From NCBI GenBank assembly GCA_029856155.1, contig JAHQWL010000092.1, forward strand, positions 1-64,000: a stretch of 64,000 nt of DNA, in the 5' to 3' direction. The DNA comes from Promethearchaeia archaeon (GTDB lineage: Archaea; Asgardarchaeota; Lokiarchaeia; Sigyniarchaeales; SOKP01). The notes below the pieces were generated by a model. The model was not told where the DNA came from. It made no database searches and saw only the letters and a program-made list of their open reading frames with translations. Below, in pieces: positions 31,188 to 40,013 of the stretch. The number at the start of each line of letters is the position of its first letter. The first letter of the stretch is position 1. A program made the position numbers and the translations under genes.

Positions 31188-31520
31188 ATGGTTGATGTAC
31201 AAGAAGGATTTGAATTAATGAAGAAATATTTTAAACCAGAAGTTGCTAAAGAATTTAAGAAGAAAGTGGCTGTTCAATATAATATTAAAGGTCCAGGTGG
31301 AGGTACATGGCAAGTAATCTTTGACAGTGGTAATATGGATATTGTTGAAGGAGAGAAGGAAAATGCTATTCTTAAATTTAACTATGACGCTGTAGAGAGC
31401 TTTATAGGCATTCAAAAAGGAGAGATTGATGGTATACAAGCATATACTATGGGAAAACTCCAAATCGAGGGCCCTATACCTCTAGCTCAAAAACTTGCAG
31501 ACATTTTTAAACGTGAATAG
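31188..31520 (+). CDS. SCP2 sterol/lipid-binding domain protein, copy 1
   Basis: VQYNI.GPGGGTW, G..DG.QAY..GKL.IEG...LA.KL SCP2 pattern. Confidence 0.88.
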   Translation: MVDVQEGFELMKKYFKPEVAKEFKKKVAVQYNIKGPGGGTWQVIFDSGNMDIVEGEKENAILKFNYDAVESFIGIQKGEIDGIQAYTMGKLQIEGPIPLAQKLADIFKRE

Positions 31521-31685
31521 TAAAATATTTATCAATTTTTTTTATTTTTTTGATTTTAAAACCCTAATTTTTAAGGCAAGACGTTTACATTTTTCGAGAT
31601 TAGTTTTTGAATAATTAATGAGAAATTTAAACAAAAAAAGTGAAATTTCAAGAATTTAATAGTAAAAATATTTAAGTTACCTATT

Positions 31686-32591
31686 TTAGTTGATTTTAAA
31701 TACAGGATGAGTTGGAGGAGGCATCTTACCTTCATCGAACAATAATTGAGAATGAGCAGCTTTAATGAATGCAACGTTAGGATATACTAAATTTGCTAAT
31801 TGAATAGGACCATAGAATATGAAGTCTGCTCCCGCTGCTAAAGTAATCGTTGAGGCAACTACTTTTATATATTTTTTGATATGCCCAAATTTAGTAACCA
31901 AATTTATCCAGGAATCTGCTAAATTTTGTCCTGCAGTTCCAGCAGGATATCCATACTTATTTTTTACTTCGTCAATCGTATTAAGAGCAATCCCTAAGGA
32001 TGTAAAGTCAATAATACATGTATCAATTAGAAAGTTATTTTTTTTAAAATTGTAAGACAAAGCTTTTTTTATGAGTTTATCAGTAATTTCCATTCGAGCT
32101 TCAGTTGTCCAGCATTGTGATTCAATAGGAAGAAGAAAAAATGTTTCAATGTCCGTTTGACTTAATAGTTCAAATTCTTCATCATAAGAAGAGGAGGTAA
32201 TTGTATTATATACAACCTCTTTATCTAATCCATGTTCAATAAGATAATTTAGCATTGGTTGCTTAACTTCCCAATAAGGGGCGTCCACAAGAACGGGAGT
32301 ATCGGTAACTGAAAAAACAAAATCTAAAATAGGTTGAATTGATTCCTTAAAAGAAAGAATAACATCGAGTAAGGGTATCAAGCCTGTTTTATCTGCTAAC
32401 TCCTCTTGCTCTTTAATTAATTTTTCAGCATATTCTTTGTTTATTTGACCTTTTCTCTCATCCCTAAAGATTTTTTTCTGCTTTAAGTAAAATATAGTAC
32501 CCGCTAAAGCAGTGGGCACGCTTCTCGGATCTCCACCCACTATATATTTTCCTATCTTGTATGACTTTTGTTCTACGTTATATTTAAACAT
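31686..32591 (-). CDS. MtrH/MtgA-like pterin methyltransferase, divergent copy B
   Basis: PT.L.GTIFY, YNT, LID, K.KYGYP.G, GADF.FYGP; true start MFKYN at 32591 by alignment with the paralogue. Confidence 0.87.
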   Translation of the reverse strand: MFKYNVEQKSYKIGKYIVGGDPRSVPTALAGTIFYLKQKKIFRDERKGQINKEYAEKLIKEQEELADKTGLIPLLDVILSFKESIQPILDFVFSVTDTPVLVDAPYWEVKQPMLNYLIEHGLDKEVVYNTITSSSYDEEFELLSQTDIETFFLLPIESQCWTTEARMEITDKLIKKALSYNFKKNNFLIDTCIIDFTSLGIALNTIDEVKNKYGYPAGTAGQNLADSWINLVTKFGHIKKYIKVVASTITLAAGADFIFYGPIQLANLVYPNVAFIKAAHSQLLFDEGKMPPPTHPVFKIN

Positions 32592-32619
32592 CGGTTTAAA
32601 ACAATTGATATCTTGAATT

Positions 32620-33525
32620 TTATCCAATTTTAAACACTGGATGATTTGTCGGAGCCATTTTTCCTTCATCGAACAATAGTTGTGAATGCGCAGCTTTGAT
32701 GAATGCAACATTAGGGTATATGATGTTCGCATGCTGCACAGGACCATATAGTAAAAAGTCAGCTCCCGCTCCTAAAGTAATACTTGAAGCAACCACTGTC
32801 GCGTATTTTTTAATATCGCCAAATTTCGCTTTTAAATTTCTCCACGTATCCACAGCGTTGTGCGCACCAGATCCTACAGGATATCCATATTTATTCTTTA
32901 CTTCATACATCGCGCTCATTGCTAAACCTAATGATGTAACATCCACAACAGCAGTATCAATTAAGAAGTTATGGTCTGCAAAATTAGCTTCTGTTGCTTT
33001 TTTAACGAGATTACCGATTACGTCCATTCTTGCTTGAGTAGTCCAATTCTTTGATTCCATTCCTAAAAGAATGAAATTTCTGATATTACTTTCAGTTAAT
33101 AAATTATATTCCTCCTCATTGGATTCTGGTGTGAGTGAATTATAAATGATTCTGTCTTGAATCCCCATTTCTTTAACATAGTTTAGTGCATTTATTTTTA
33201 CATCTTGCGTTGGTGCATCTAATATAATAGGAACGTCGGTGACATCTACTACAAAATCAAGAATGGGTTTAATAGATGCTTCATAGGATAAAATTACATC
33301 TAATCCGGGAGTTAAGCCTGTTTTATCTGCCATATCTTCCTGATCTTTAACTAATTTTTCTGCGAAATCCTTGATTATTTCTCCTTTAGACTCATCCCTA
33401 AAAATTCCTTTTTGGCGTAAGTAGAAAATCGTTCCGATTACCGCTGTCGGGACTTCTCTTGTATCTCCACCTATTGTATATTTTCCTATATTATAAGATT
33501 TTTGCTCGACGTTATATTTGAACAT
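32620..33525 (-). CDS. mtrH: MtrH/MtgA-like methylcorrinoid:tetrahydropterin methyltransferase, copy A
   Basis: GTIFY, IYNS, LIDTAV, YGYPVGSGAHNA..TW, GADFLLYGP; AAGGAG SD before MFKYN at 33525. Confidence 0.88.
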   Translation of the reverse strand: MFKYNVEQKSYNIGKYTIGGDTREVPTAVIGTIFYLRQKGIFRDESKGEIIKDFAEKLVKDQEDMADKTGLTPGLDVILSYEASIKPILDFVVDVTDVPIILDAPTQDVKINALNYVKEMGIQDRIIYNSLTPESNEEEYNLLTESNIRNFILLGMESKNWTTQARMDVIGNLVKKATEANFADHNFLIDTAVVDVTSLGLAMSAMYEVKNKYGYPVGSGAHNAVDTWRNLKAKFGDIKKYATVVASSITLGAGADFLLYGPVQHANIIYPNVAFIKAAHSQLLFDEGKMAPTNHPVFKIG

Positions 33526-33593
33526 TATATTTACTCCTTGCAATTAACAAATAATATTATTTTGCGAAAATGAATCACCTTATTTTTAATTTC

Positions 33594-33611
33594 AGCTTGT
33601 TATTTCAAGCA
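33594..33611. promoter_or_regulatory. Palindromic operator AGCTTG-ttattt-CAAGCA
   Basis: 69 nt upstream of the mtrH-like pair; the reverse complement has the same aaataa spacer as the sites at 37953 and 46804. Confidence 0.75.
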
Positions 33612-33638
33612 TCATTAAATTCTACTCTTTTCAAAATT

Positions 33639-34283
33639 TTACTTGAATATAGAAAAAAAAATAGTCCTCTCAATTTTTCGCAAGTGTTCACAAAATGCAC
33701 TTTTAGAAATACCAAAATGATTAGCTATAGTTTCAGAATTAGTTTTACGAGGGATATCATAGTATCCGTGTTCCACTGAATAATAAATAATCTCTTTTTG
33801 TCTTTCTGTTAAGAGTAAATTTAAATTACTCCTATTAGGCTGCACAGAATTGATACTTAAAATTTTGTAGTTATCGCCGTAAATATTTTTCTGTAAATCA
33901 ATAATTGTATCGATATTTGCACCAGGTGTAATATAAGTTATGATTAAAGAATCATCTTCCATAATAATCGGAGGTTCAATTAGGATTTCAGAAACCTTAA
34001 AAAAATTGCGAAGTTCCTCATACCAGCGATGCTTAACAAGACAAATAAATTCATTTTTCTGGGTATCTTTTGCTAAAATTTCGATAAATTCAATTCCAAA
34101 TTTATTTTGAAGATTCTTGGGGTTAAAATCTTTATTTTTAAATTTAAATCGCTGAGTCGCATAGATATGAATATCATCAAACCGGTGAATTTGAAGTAAT
34201 TCATATTTTGTTAATAAATCAAAAAAGTCTTGATAACTAGGGTTAATTGGGATTTTGAGGACAATTTTTTTCAATTTTTTCAT
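33639..34283 (-). CDS. HTH-10 (Bat-type) transcriptional regulator, copy 2
   Basis: LTERQKEI...GYYDIPRK...IA.HFGISKS...EHLRKIE; full-length paralogue of 28152. Confidence 0.9.
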   Translation of the reverse strand: MKKLKKIVLKIPINPSYQDFFDLLTKYELLQIHRFDDIHIYATQRFKFKNKDFNPKNLQNKFGIEFIEILAKDTQKNEFICLVKHRWYEELRNFFKVSEILIEPPIIMEDDSLIITYITPGANIDTIIDLQKNIYGDNYKILSINSVQPNRSNLNLLLTERQKEIIYYSVEHGYYDIPRKTNSETIANHFGISKSAFCEHLRKIERTIFFSIFK

Positions 34284-34369
34284 ATTATTCAGATATATTT
34301 TAGTTCGGATATGTGATTTCTATTCATAAGCATTAATTAACTGATCTGATAACCTAAGACCCAACGAGT

Positions 34370-34375
34370 CAAGCA
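34370..34375 (+). promoter_or_regulatory. CAAGCA half-site upstream of MttB-like copy 3
   Basis: Ends 86 nt before ATG 34461, the same spacing as at copy 1. Confidence 0.45.
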
Positions 34376-34460
34376 CAATTAATATAAATTTATGAATTTT
34401 AAATAAATTGCTATTTTTCAAATCTATTTTAAAGAAATATAATTAAAAAGGGAATAATAA

Positions 34461-35975
34461 ATGAGAGAAGGAGAAAGAGTAAAATATCCTAAAATGAATC
34501 GAATGTGGCGTATCGCATCTAAAGAAGATTTAGAGAGAATCGATAATGCTGCATATCACATTTTAAGTGAAATGGGAGTTTTTATCGATGATAAAGATTG
34601 TATCGAATACTTAAAAGATACTCCATTAGAAATTGATGAAAAGGAACTCATTGTGAAATTTCCAGAATTTTGGGTACGCGAGATGATCGCAAAAGCTCCA
34701 AAATCATATATACTTGCTGCTAGGGATCCTAATAATGATTTATTACTATCAAGTTACCACGACGATTTTTATAACTTATTTACGAGTGGTTCGACGAAAA
34801 TGTATCTTTGGAATGAGCAAACAAATCAATGGGACTCTAGAATTCCCGGTGAAGAAGATGTAATTAGAGGATTTAGGATGATTGATGCTGTGGATGCTTA
34901 TGATGGATTTTTTGGTACACCCGTGGAAGATGTGAAACGAACAAATCAAGGGCTTCCCGCTGAGCTTCATACTACCTATAATAAAATGAAATGGTCTACA
35001 AAACATGGTGGAGTATGTGCGATCACCGAAGGAGGATTAAACGAATGGGACTATGTCGGTAAACTTGCCGCTGAAGTTCAAGGTGGATTTGATGAGTTAA
35101 AAAGACGACCCATAATCGCAGGTTTACCAACCTGCATTGGGCCCATGACTAGTACCCGTCAGAATTTCTGGGCTGCTGTGGGAAGTGCTAAATATCATTT
35201 ACCTACAGTACCTTATTGGGGGGGAACGGCACCATTTACAGCACCCGCAACTGCTCCAGCAATGAATGCAATGGCTTTGGCATGTACGCATTATTGTATA
35301 GCTGTTTCACAATATCTCGATCCTGGAACGGCGGCAGTTCCTTGGCCTAATACTTCACCTGTTGATCCACAATCTGGTCAATTAGCGATAAATCCAATTG
35401 CTACAATGGTACTTGGAATGGGAGGTCAAGTTTATCAAGATTTATATGGTCTTCCTATTGCGGGATGCGCATATTGCTTATCATCATCTTTAGATGAAGC
35501 TGGTGCTACATGGGCATTAAACTTATTAACAGAGTTATTATGGGGAGTGAATGTGCAACAAGTCGGATCCACACCCGGAGCGTTTATGTGGGAAACGATT
35601 CCAATGGGAGAAACATTAGTAAATTATACTAAGCAGTTCTTATTCGAAATGACTGAAGATCTTTTAAATATTGATGAAGAACACTTAGCTTTAGATGTAA
35701 TAAAAGAAACTGGTCCTAAAAAAATGTTCACGACTCATCCTCACACTCTAAAATGGATTGATCCCAAGAGGGGGTTATTCTGGCATGCTAACGACTGGAT
35801 CCATGAACATTCGGATCAATGGCTTGCGAAGGGAGCTAAAACATGGGTTGAAATTTGTCGTGAACGTTTGAAAGAATTAGATAAACATCAACCAGATCCA
35901 CCAATCCCAAAAGATGTAGATGAACGATGTAATGCACTTTTAAAAGAAGCAGATGAGGAACTCGCATTGTTTTAA
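34461..35975 (+). CDS. MttB superfamily methyltransferase, non-pyrrolysine, copy 3
   Basis: Paralogue of 25961 and 28925; shares RPIIAGLPTCIGP and NFWAAVGSAKYHLPT with copy 1. Confidence 0.85.
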   Translation: MREGERVKYPKMNRMWRIASKEDLERIDNAAYHILSEMGVFIDDKDCIEYLKDTPLEIDEKELIVKFPEFWVREMIAKAPKSYILAARDPNNDLLLSSYHDDFYNLFTSGSTKMYLWNEQTNQWDSRIPGEEDVIRGFRMIDAVDAYDGFFGTPVEDVKRTNQGLPAELHTTYNKMKWSTKHGGVCAITEGGLNEWDYVGKLAAEVQGGFDELKRRPIIAGLPTCIGPMTSTRQNFWAAVGSAKYHLPTVPYWGGTAPFTAPATAPAMNAMALACTHYCIAVSQYLDPGTAAVPWPNTSPVDPQSGQLAINPIATMVLGMGGQVYQDLYGLPIAGCAYCLSSSLDEAGATWALNLLTELLWGVNVQQVGSTPGAFMWETIPMGETLVNYTKQFLFEMTEDLLNIDEEHLALDVIKETGPKKMFTTHPHTLKWIDPKRGLFWHANDWIHEHSDQWLAKGAKTWVEICRERLKELDKHQPDPPIPKDVDERCNALLKEADEELALF

Positions 35976-35992
35976 AGAGAGGTGAATTATAA

Positions 35993-36661
35993 ATGACAAG
36001 TAAAGAAGAAATAATTAATGGAATGAAAGATGCTATTATAACCTATAACAAGGCAAAATGCTTGGAACTCGCTAAGCAAGGAATAACCGAAAAAGTAAAC
36101 TCTTTAGAATTAATACAAGAAGGATTAACTCCCGCGATACAGGAACTCGGAGAGAAATTCGGGAGAGGCGAAATTGCTCTTCCATACCTCATGGTGGGCG
36201 CGGAAGCGATGCAGGATGCATTAAACTACATCTTAGAAACCATGCCAAAAGGAGAATATAAACCGAAAGCAAAAATGGTACTCGGGACCGTAAAAGGAGA
36301 TATTCATGATTTAGGAATTAGTATCGTAGAAGCTGTGTTTCAAGCGAATGGAATTCAAGTGTATAATCTCGGTCGCGATAATCCCAAAGAAAAGTTTGTG
36401 GAAAAGGCAGAATTAGAAGAAGCAGATATTATTGGCACATCCGCTTTGCTCACAGGCACCATGTTCGAACAGAAAGTTGTTATTGAATACTTGAAAAAGC
36501 AAGGCCTTCGAGACAAGTATATCTACTTGATCGGAGGAGGAGCATGTCCTTCTAGTGAATGGTGCGATGAGATTGGTGCTGATGGATGGGCTACCGATGT
36601 GATGCTCGGACTTGATGCTGCTAAGAAATCATTGGCAGAAAAGAAAGGAATCGAACTTTAA
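35993..36661 (+). CDS. Cognate corrinoid protein, copy 2
   Basis: 8 aa differences out of 222 versus 30466 (hand count); GDIHDLG motif; GAGGTGA SD. Confidence 0.93.
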   Translation: MTSKEEIINGMKDAIITYNKAKCLELAKQGITEKVNSLELIQEGLTPAIQELGEKFGRGEIALPYLMVGAEAMQDALNYILETMPKGEYKPKAKMVLGTVKGDIHDLGISIVEAVFQANGIQVYNLGRDNPKEKFVEKAELEEADIIGTSALLTGTMFEQKVVIEYLKKQGLRDKYIYLIGGGACPSSEWCDEIGADGWATDVMLGLDAAKKSLAEKKGIEL

Positions 36662-36725
36662 TTTAATTTTTTTTTTAAATTTAGAATAAATTAATAATAA
36701 AAATAAAAGAGGAATGATATAAAAG

Positions 36726-37058
36726 ATGGTTAATGCACAAGAAGGATTTGAAATAATGAAGAAGAACTTCAAACCAGAAGTTGCCAAGGAGTTTAAGAAA
36801 CGAGTGGTTGTTCAATATAATATAGAAGGTCCTGGTGGTGGGACATGGCAAGTTAGTTTTGATAATGGCAAAATAGAAATTGTAGAAGGAGAGAAAGAAA
36901 AAGCCGTTCTAAAATTTAATTATGATTGCATAGAGAGTTTTGTTGGGATCCAAACAGGAGAAGTGGATGGCATTCAAGCATACACAACGGCCAAATTACG
37001 AATTGAAGGACCCATTGCCCTTGCTCAACAAATCGGAAAGATTTTTGGCGCTGTTTAA
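36726..37058 (+). CDS. SCP2 sterol/lipid-binding domain protein, copy 2
   Basis: Paralogue of 31188 with the same length and motifs. Confidence 0.88.
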   Translation: MVNAQEGFEIMKKNFKPEVAKEFKKRVVVQYNIEGPGGGTWQVSFDNGKIEIVEGEKEKAVLKFNYDCIESFVGIQTGEVDGIQAYTTAKLRIEGPIALAQQIGKIFGAV

Positions 37059-37091
37059 ATCGATTATTAAACGAAGGAGTTGTGATACAAC

Positions 37092-37865
37092 GTGTTAAAA
37101 GATAAAGTTGCTGTAATAACTGGTGGAGCACAAGGGATTGGACATGCTATCGCAACAAAATTTGCTGAAGCTGGTGCTAACATCGCTATAATTGATATAA
37201 AAGATTCATCAAAAATAGTTGATAAAGTAAAAAACTATGGAGTAGATGTGATTGCTTTCAATGCTGATGTGTCTGATGAGGATGCAATGAAAAGTGCATT
37301 CGATAAAATCATAGAAAAATGGGATAAAATAGACATTCTAGTGAATAATGCAGGAATTTATCCATTAGAGCGCTTTACTGATATTCCAATAGCTTTAGTT
37401 AAAAAAGTTTTTGATACCAATGTTATCGGAACCTACATCTGCAGTCAGATTGCCGCAAATATATTCATTTCTAACTCAATTGAAGGTATAATTCTTAATA
37501 TGGCTTCGGCAGCAGGAATTACTCCCGATAAATATCATTTACATTATGCTGCATCCAAAGCTGCTATAATTTCATTAACAAAAGGAATGGCAATGGAATT
37601 GATAAACGACAAAATACGAGTTAATGCAATCGCACCTGGAGCAGTTGCTACAGAAGGAGCAAGAAACCCTGGACTTTTTGAAAAGTCTGGTAAAATTCCA
37701 GATAAATTTATGGAAATGCAAATGAAAAAATTTTCTCCTTTAGCCAAATCTGGGATGGGAGAACCAATGGATATTGCTAATATGGCATTATATCTCGTTT
37801 CGGAACAAGCTAAATATATCACGGGAACAATTATTTCGGTAGATGGAGGACGACTTTTATTATAA
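37092..37865 (+). CDS. Classical SDR oxidoreductase (FabG/hydroxysteroid dehydrogenase-like)
   Basis: TGGAQGIG, NNAG, catalytic S, YAASK, VNAIAPG, VDGG; acidic residue after beta2 (IDIK) suggests NAD(H). Confidence 0.92.
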   Translation: MLKDKVAVITGGAQGIGHAIATKFAEAGANIAIIDIKDSSKIVDKVKNYGVDVIAFNADVSDEDAMKSAFDKIIEKWDKIDILVNNAGIYPLERFTDIPIALVKKVFDTNVIGTYICSQIAANIFISNSIEGIILNMASAAGITPDKYHLHYAASKAAIISLTKGMAMELINDKIRVNAIAPGAVATEGARNPGLFEKSGKIPDKFMEMQMKKFSPLAKSGMGEPMDIANMALYLVSEQAKYITGTIISVDGGRLLL

Positions 37866-37952
37866 TTGAGAATCCCAAATTATCTTTTTTTTTTAATATC
37901 TGATTAGGATTAAAAAAAGTTTATAACATTTTATTATGAATAACTTTTCAAT

Positions 37953-37970
37953 TGCTTGAAATAACAAGCA
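37953..37970. promoter_or_regulatory. Palindromic operator TGCTTG-aaataa-CAAGCA
   Basis: 89 nt upstream of the RACo-like gene. Confidence 0.75.
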
Positions 37971-38058
37971 AAATTGATATAAAAATTATAACATTTTTCT
38001 TCACAAGATTTTATTATTTAATATCCAATCATTATTAATATAAATTCTAGACAAAAAA

Positions 38059-39963
38059 ATGAGTAAAATTAACATTATTTTTCAGCCCGAAGGAAAACGA
38101 GTTGAAGTTGAGAAAGAAGATTCGATTTTATCTGCTGCTTTAAAAGTTGGAATTGATTTAACGTCAATATGTGCTGGGAAAGGAATTTGTGGTAAATGTA
38201 AGGTAATAATAGACGATACAAAAGCAGTAAATGATCTCACTTACAAGGAACTCGAACTTCTCACACTAGAAGAAAGGGAAAATGGTGTTCGATTAGCTTG
38301 TTTTACGAAGATCAAAGATGAGGTTGTAGTAAAAGTCCCGGAATATAGTAGGACGGGAAAACAACGCCTTCAAATTGAAGGTATCGAAACGCCTATTAAA
38401 CTAAATCCAGTTGTTAAAAAGTATTATATTGAATTGGAAGTTCCCACTTTGGAGGATCCACGAGCAGATTCAGATCGAATCATTGATTATCTACATAATA
38501 TGTTTAATCTTTCTAATTTAAGTTTAGATTATAATCTAATAAAAAATTTAGCTACATATGTGCGTGGAGCGGATTGGAAATTCACAGCAGTTATATGGCA
38601 AGATATTATTATTAGCATTGAACCGGATGATACAACTGATCGTATTTTTGGTTATGCTGTGGACATAGGAACTACAAAACTAGCGGGATATATTGTAAAT
38701 CTAAATACGAGTGAAGTTGTTGCTGCGGGTTCATTAATGAATCCACAAATACCCTTTGGAGAAGATGTTATCTCAAGATTAAATCATCCAGAACAAGAGA
38801 AATTGCAAAAGGTTGTTGTTGAAGGGATAAATCAAATATTAGAGTCCTTAAAAGAGAAGGTAGGAGTGAGATCCAAAGAGATTTATGAAATGACTGTTGT
38901 AGGAAATACAATTATGCATCATCTTTTTCTGGGTATTTTTCCTTTATACGTTGGACGTTCCCCTTATCCCCCTGTTTTAAGAAGCTCAATTATAATTAAT
39001 GCGAAAGAGATTGGAATAAATTTGCATCCTAATGCTAAAATTATGGTCTTACCAACAATTGCAGGTTTTGTTGGAGCAGACACTGTTGGTGTAATTTTAT
39101 CAACAGAATTATATAAAAAAAGTGAGATTTGTCTTGCTATTGACATTGGTACAAATACTGAAGTTGTCTTAGGTAATCAAGACAACATGATGGCCGCATC
39201 TTGCGCCTCTGGACCTGCATTTGAGGGGGCTCATATTAAATTTGGGATGCGAGCTGCTAGTGGCGCGATAGAGAAAATAAAAATTAATTCAAAAACATTA
39301 GATGTTGATTATGAAACTATTGATAATGAACCTCCTATAGGTATTTGTGGTTCAGGAATGATAGATTTAGTTGCTGAGATGATAAGAACTGGTATCATAG
39401 ATGTGGGGGGTATATTTAATCGACAATTAAACAATCCACGAGTGAGGATGAATGAAGACAAAGTTATGGAATATATTGTTGTACCCTCTGATCAAACAGC
39501 AAATAAACGGGATATAACATTCTCTCAAAAGGATGTTTCACAAATTATTTTAGCCAAAGCTGCGATGCATACAGGGGTCAAACTCTTATTAAAAAACTCC
39601 AATATTAAAAAAGAGGACATCCAAAGTGTGTTTTTAGCAGGAGCTTTCGGGTCTCACATTAATAAAGAGAGTGCTCGAATGATTGGTGTTTTTCCTGAAA
39701 TTGATTTGGATAAAATCATAGCTGTAGGAAATGCTGCTGGAACAGGCGCAAGGATGTGTTTAGTTTCAAAAGAAGCTAAGGAGATTTCCGACAAGATTTC
39801 TGAAAAAGTAAATTATCTCGAGCTTGGGATCGATCCAGACTTTCAAAAAATATTTTTAAATTCACACATTATTCCCTACGCAGATTTAGACGAATTTCCC
39901 CAAACTTCTAAAATTTTAAAAGAATATAATAATTATCCAACAACACCACCTCCAAGGTTTTAA
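38059..39963 (+). CDS. RACo/DUF4445-type ATP-dependent reductive activator of corrinoid proteins
   Basis: N-terminal 2Fe-2S C.G.G.CGKC...RLAC; DIGTT, GEDVISR, GFVGAD, DIGTN.E, GPAFEG, GICGSG, LAGAFG, GNAAG.GA. Confidence 0.93.
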   Translation: MSKINIIFQPEGKRVEVEKEDSILSAALKVGIDLTSICAGKGICGKCKVIIDDTKAVNDLTYKELELLTLEERENGVRLACFTKIKDEVVVKVPEYSRTGKQRLQIEGIETPIKLNPVVKKYYIELEVPTLEDPRADSDRIIDYLHNMFNLSNLSLDYNLIKNLATYVRGADWKFTAVIWQDIIISIEPDDTTDRIFGYAVDIGTTKLAGYIVNLNTSEVVAAGSLMNPQIPFGEDVISRLNHPEQEKLQKVVVEGINQILESLKEKVGVRSKEIYEMTVVGNTIMHHLFLGIFPLYVGRSPYPPVLRSSIIINAKEIGINLHPNAKIMVLPTIAGFVGADTVGVILSTELYKKSEICLAIDIGTNTEVVLGNQDNMMAASCASGPAFEGAHIKFGMRAASGAIEKIKINSKTLDVDYETIDNEPPIGICGSGMIDLVAEMIRTGIIDVGGIFNRQLNNPRVRMNEDKVMEYIVVPSDQTANKRDITFSQKDVSQIILAKAAMHTGVKLLLKNSNIKKEDIQSVFLAGAFGSHINKESARMIGVFPEIDLDKIIAVGNAAGTGARMCLVSKEAKEISDKISEKVNYLELGIDPDFQKIFLNSHIIPYADLDEFPQTSKILKEYNNYPTTPPPRF

Positions 39964-40013
39964 TAATCAAGCGGATTGAATATTTAACGAGAAAAGGATA
40001 AAGTGGTATTAAG

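Noticed and set aside
32592-32747. 52-aa N-terminal extension of MtrH copy B, and ORF 31571-31774
   Set aside because: Both are alternate-frame readings of the duplicated MtrH 3' ends (both contain NYCSMK); paralogue alignment puts the start at 32591
31686-33543. Methanogenesis or a membrane Mtr complex
   Set aside because: Only MtrH-like genes are present; no mtrA-G or mcr in the window
25961-35975. Pyrrolysine-containing trimethylamine methyltransferases
   Set aside because: All three ORFs are uninterrupted, with no in-frame TAG, and there are no pyl genes in the window
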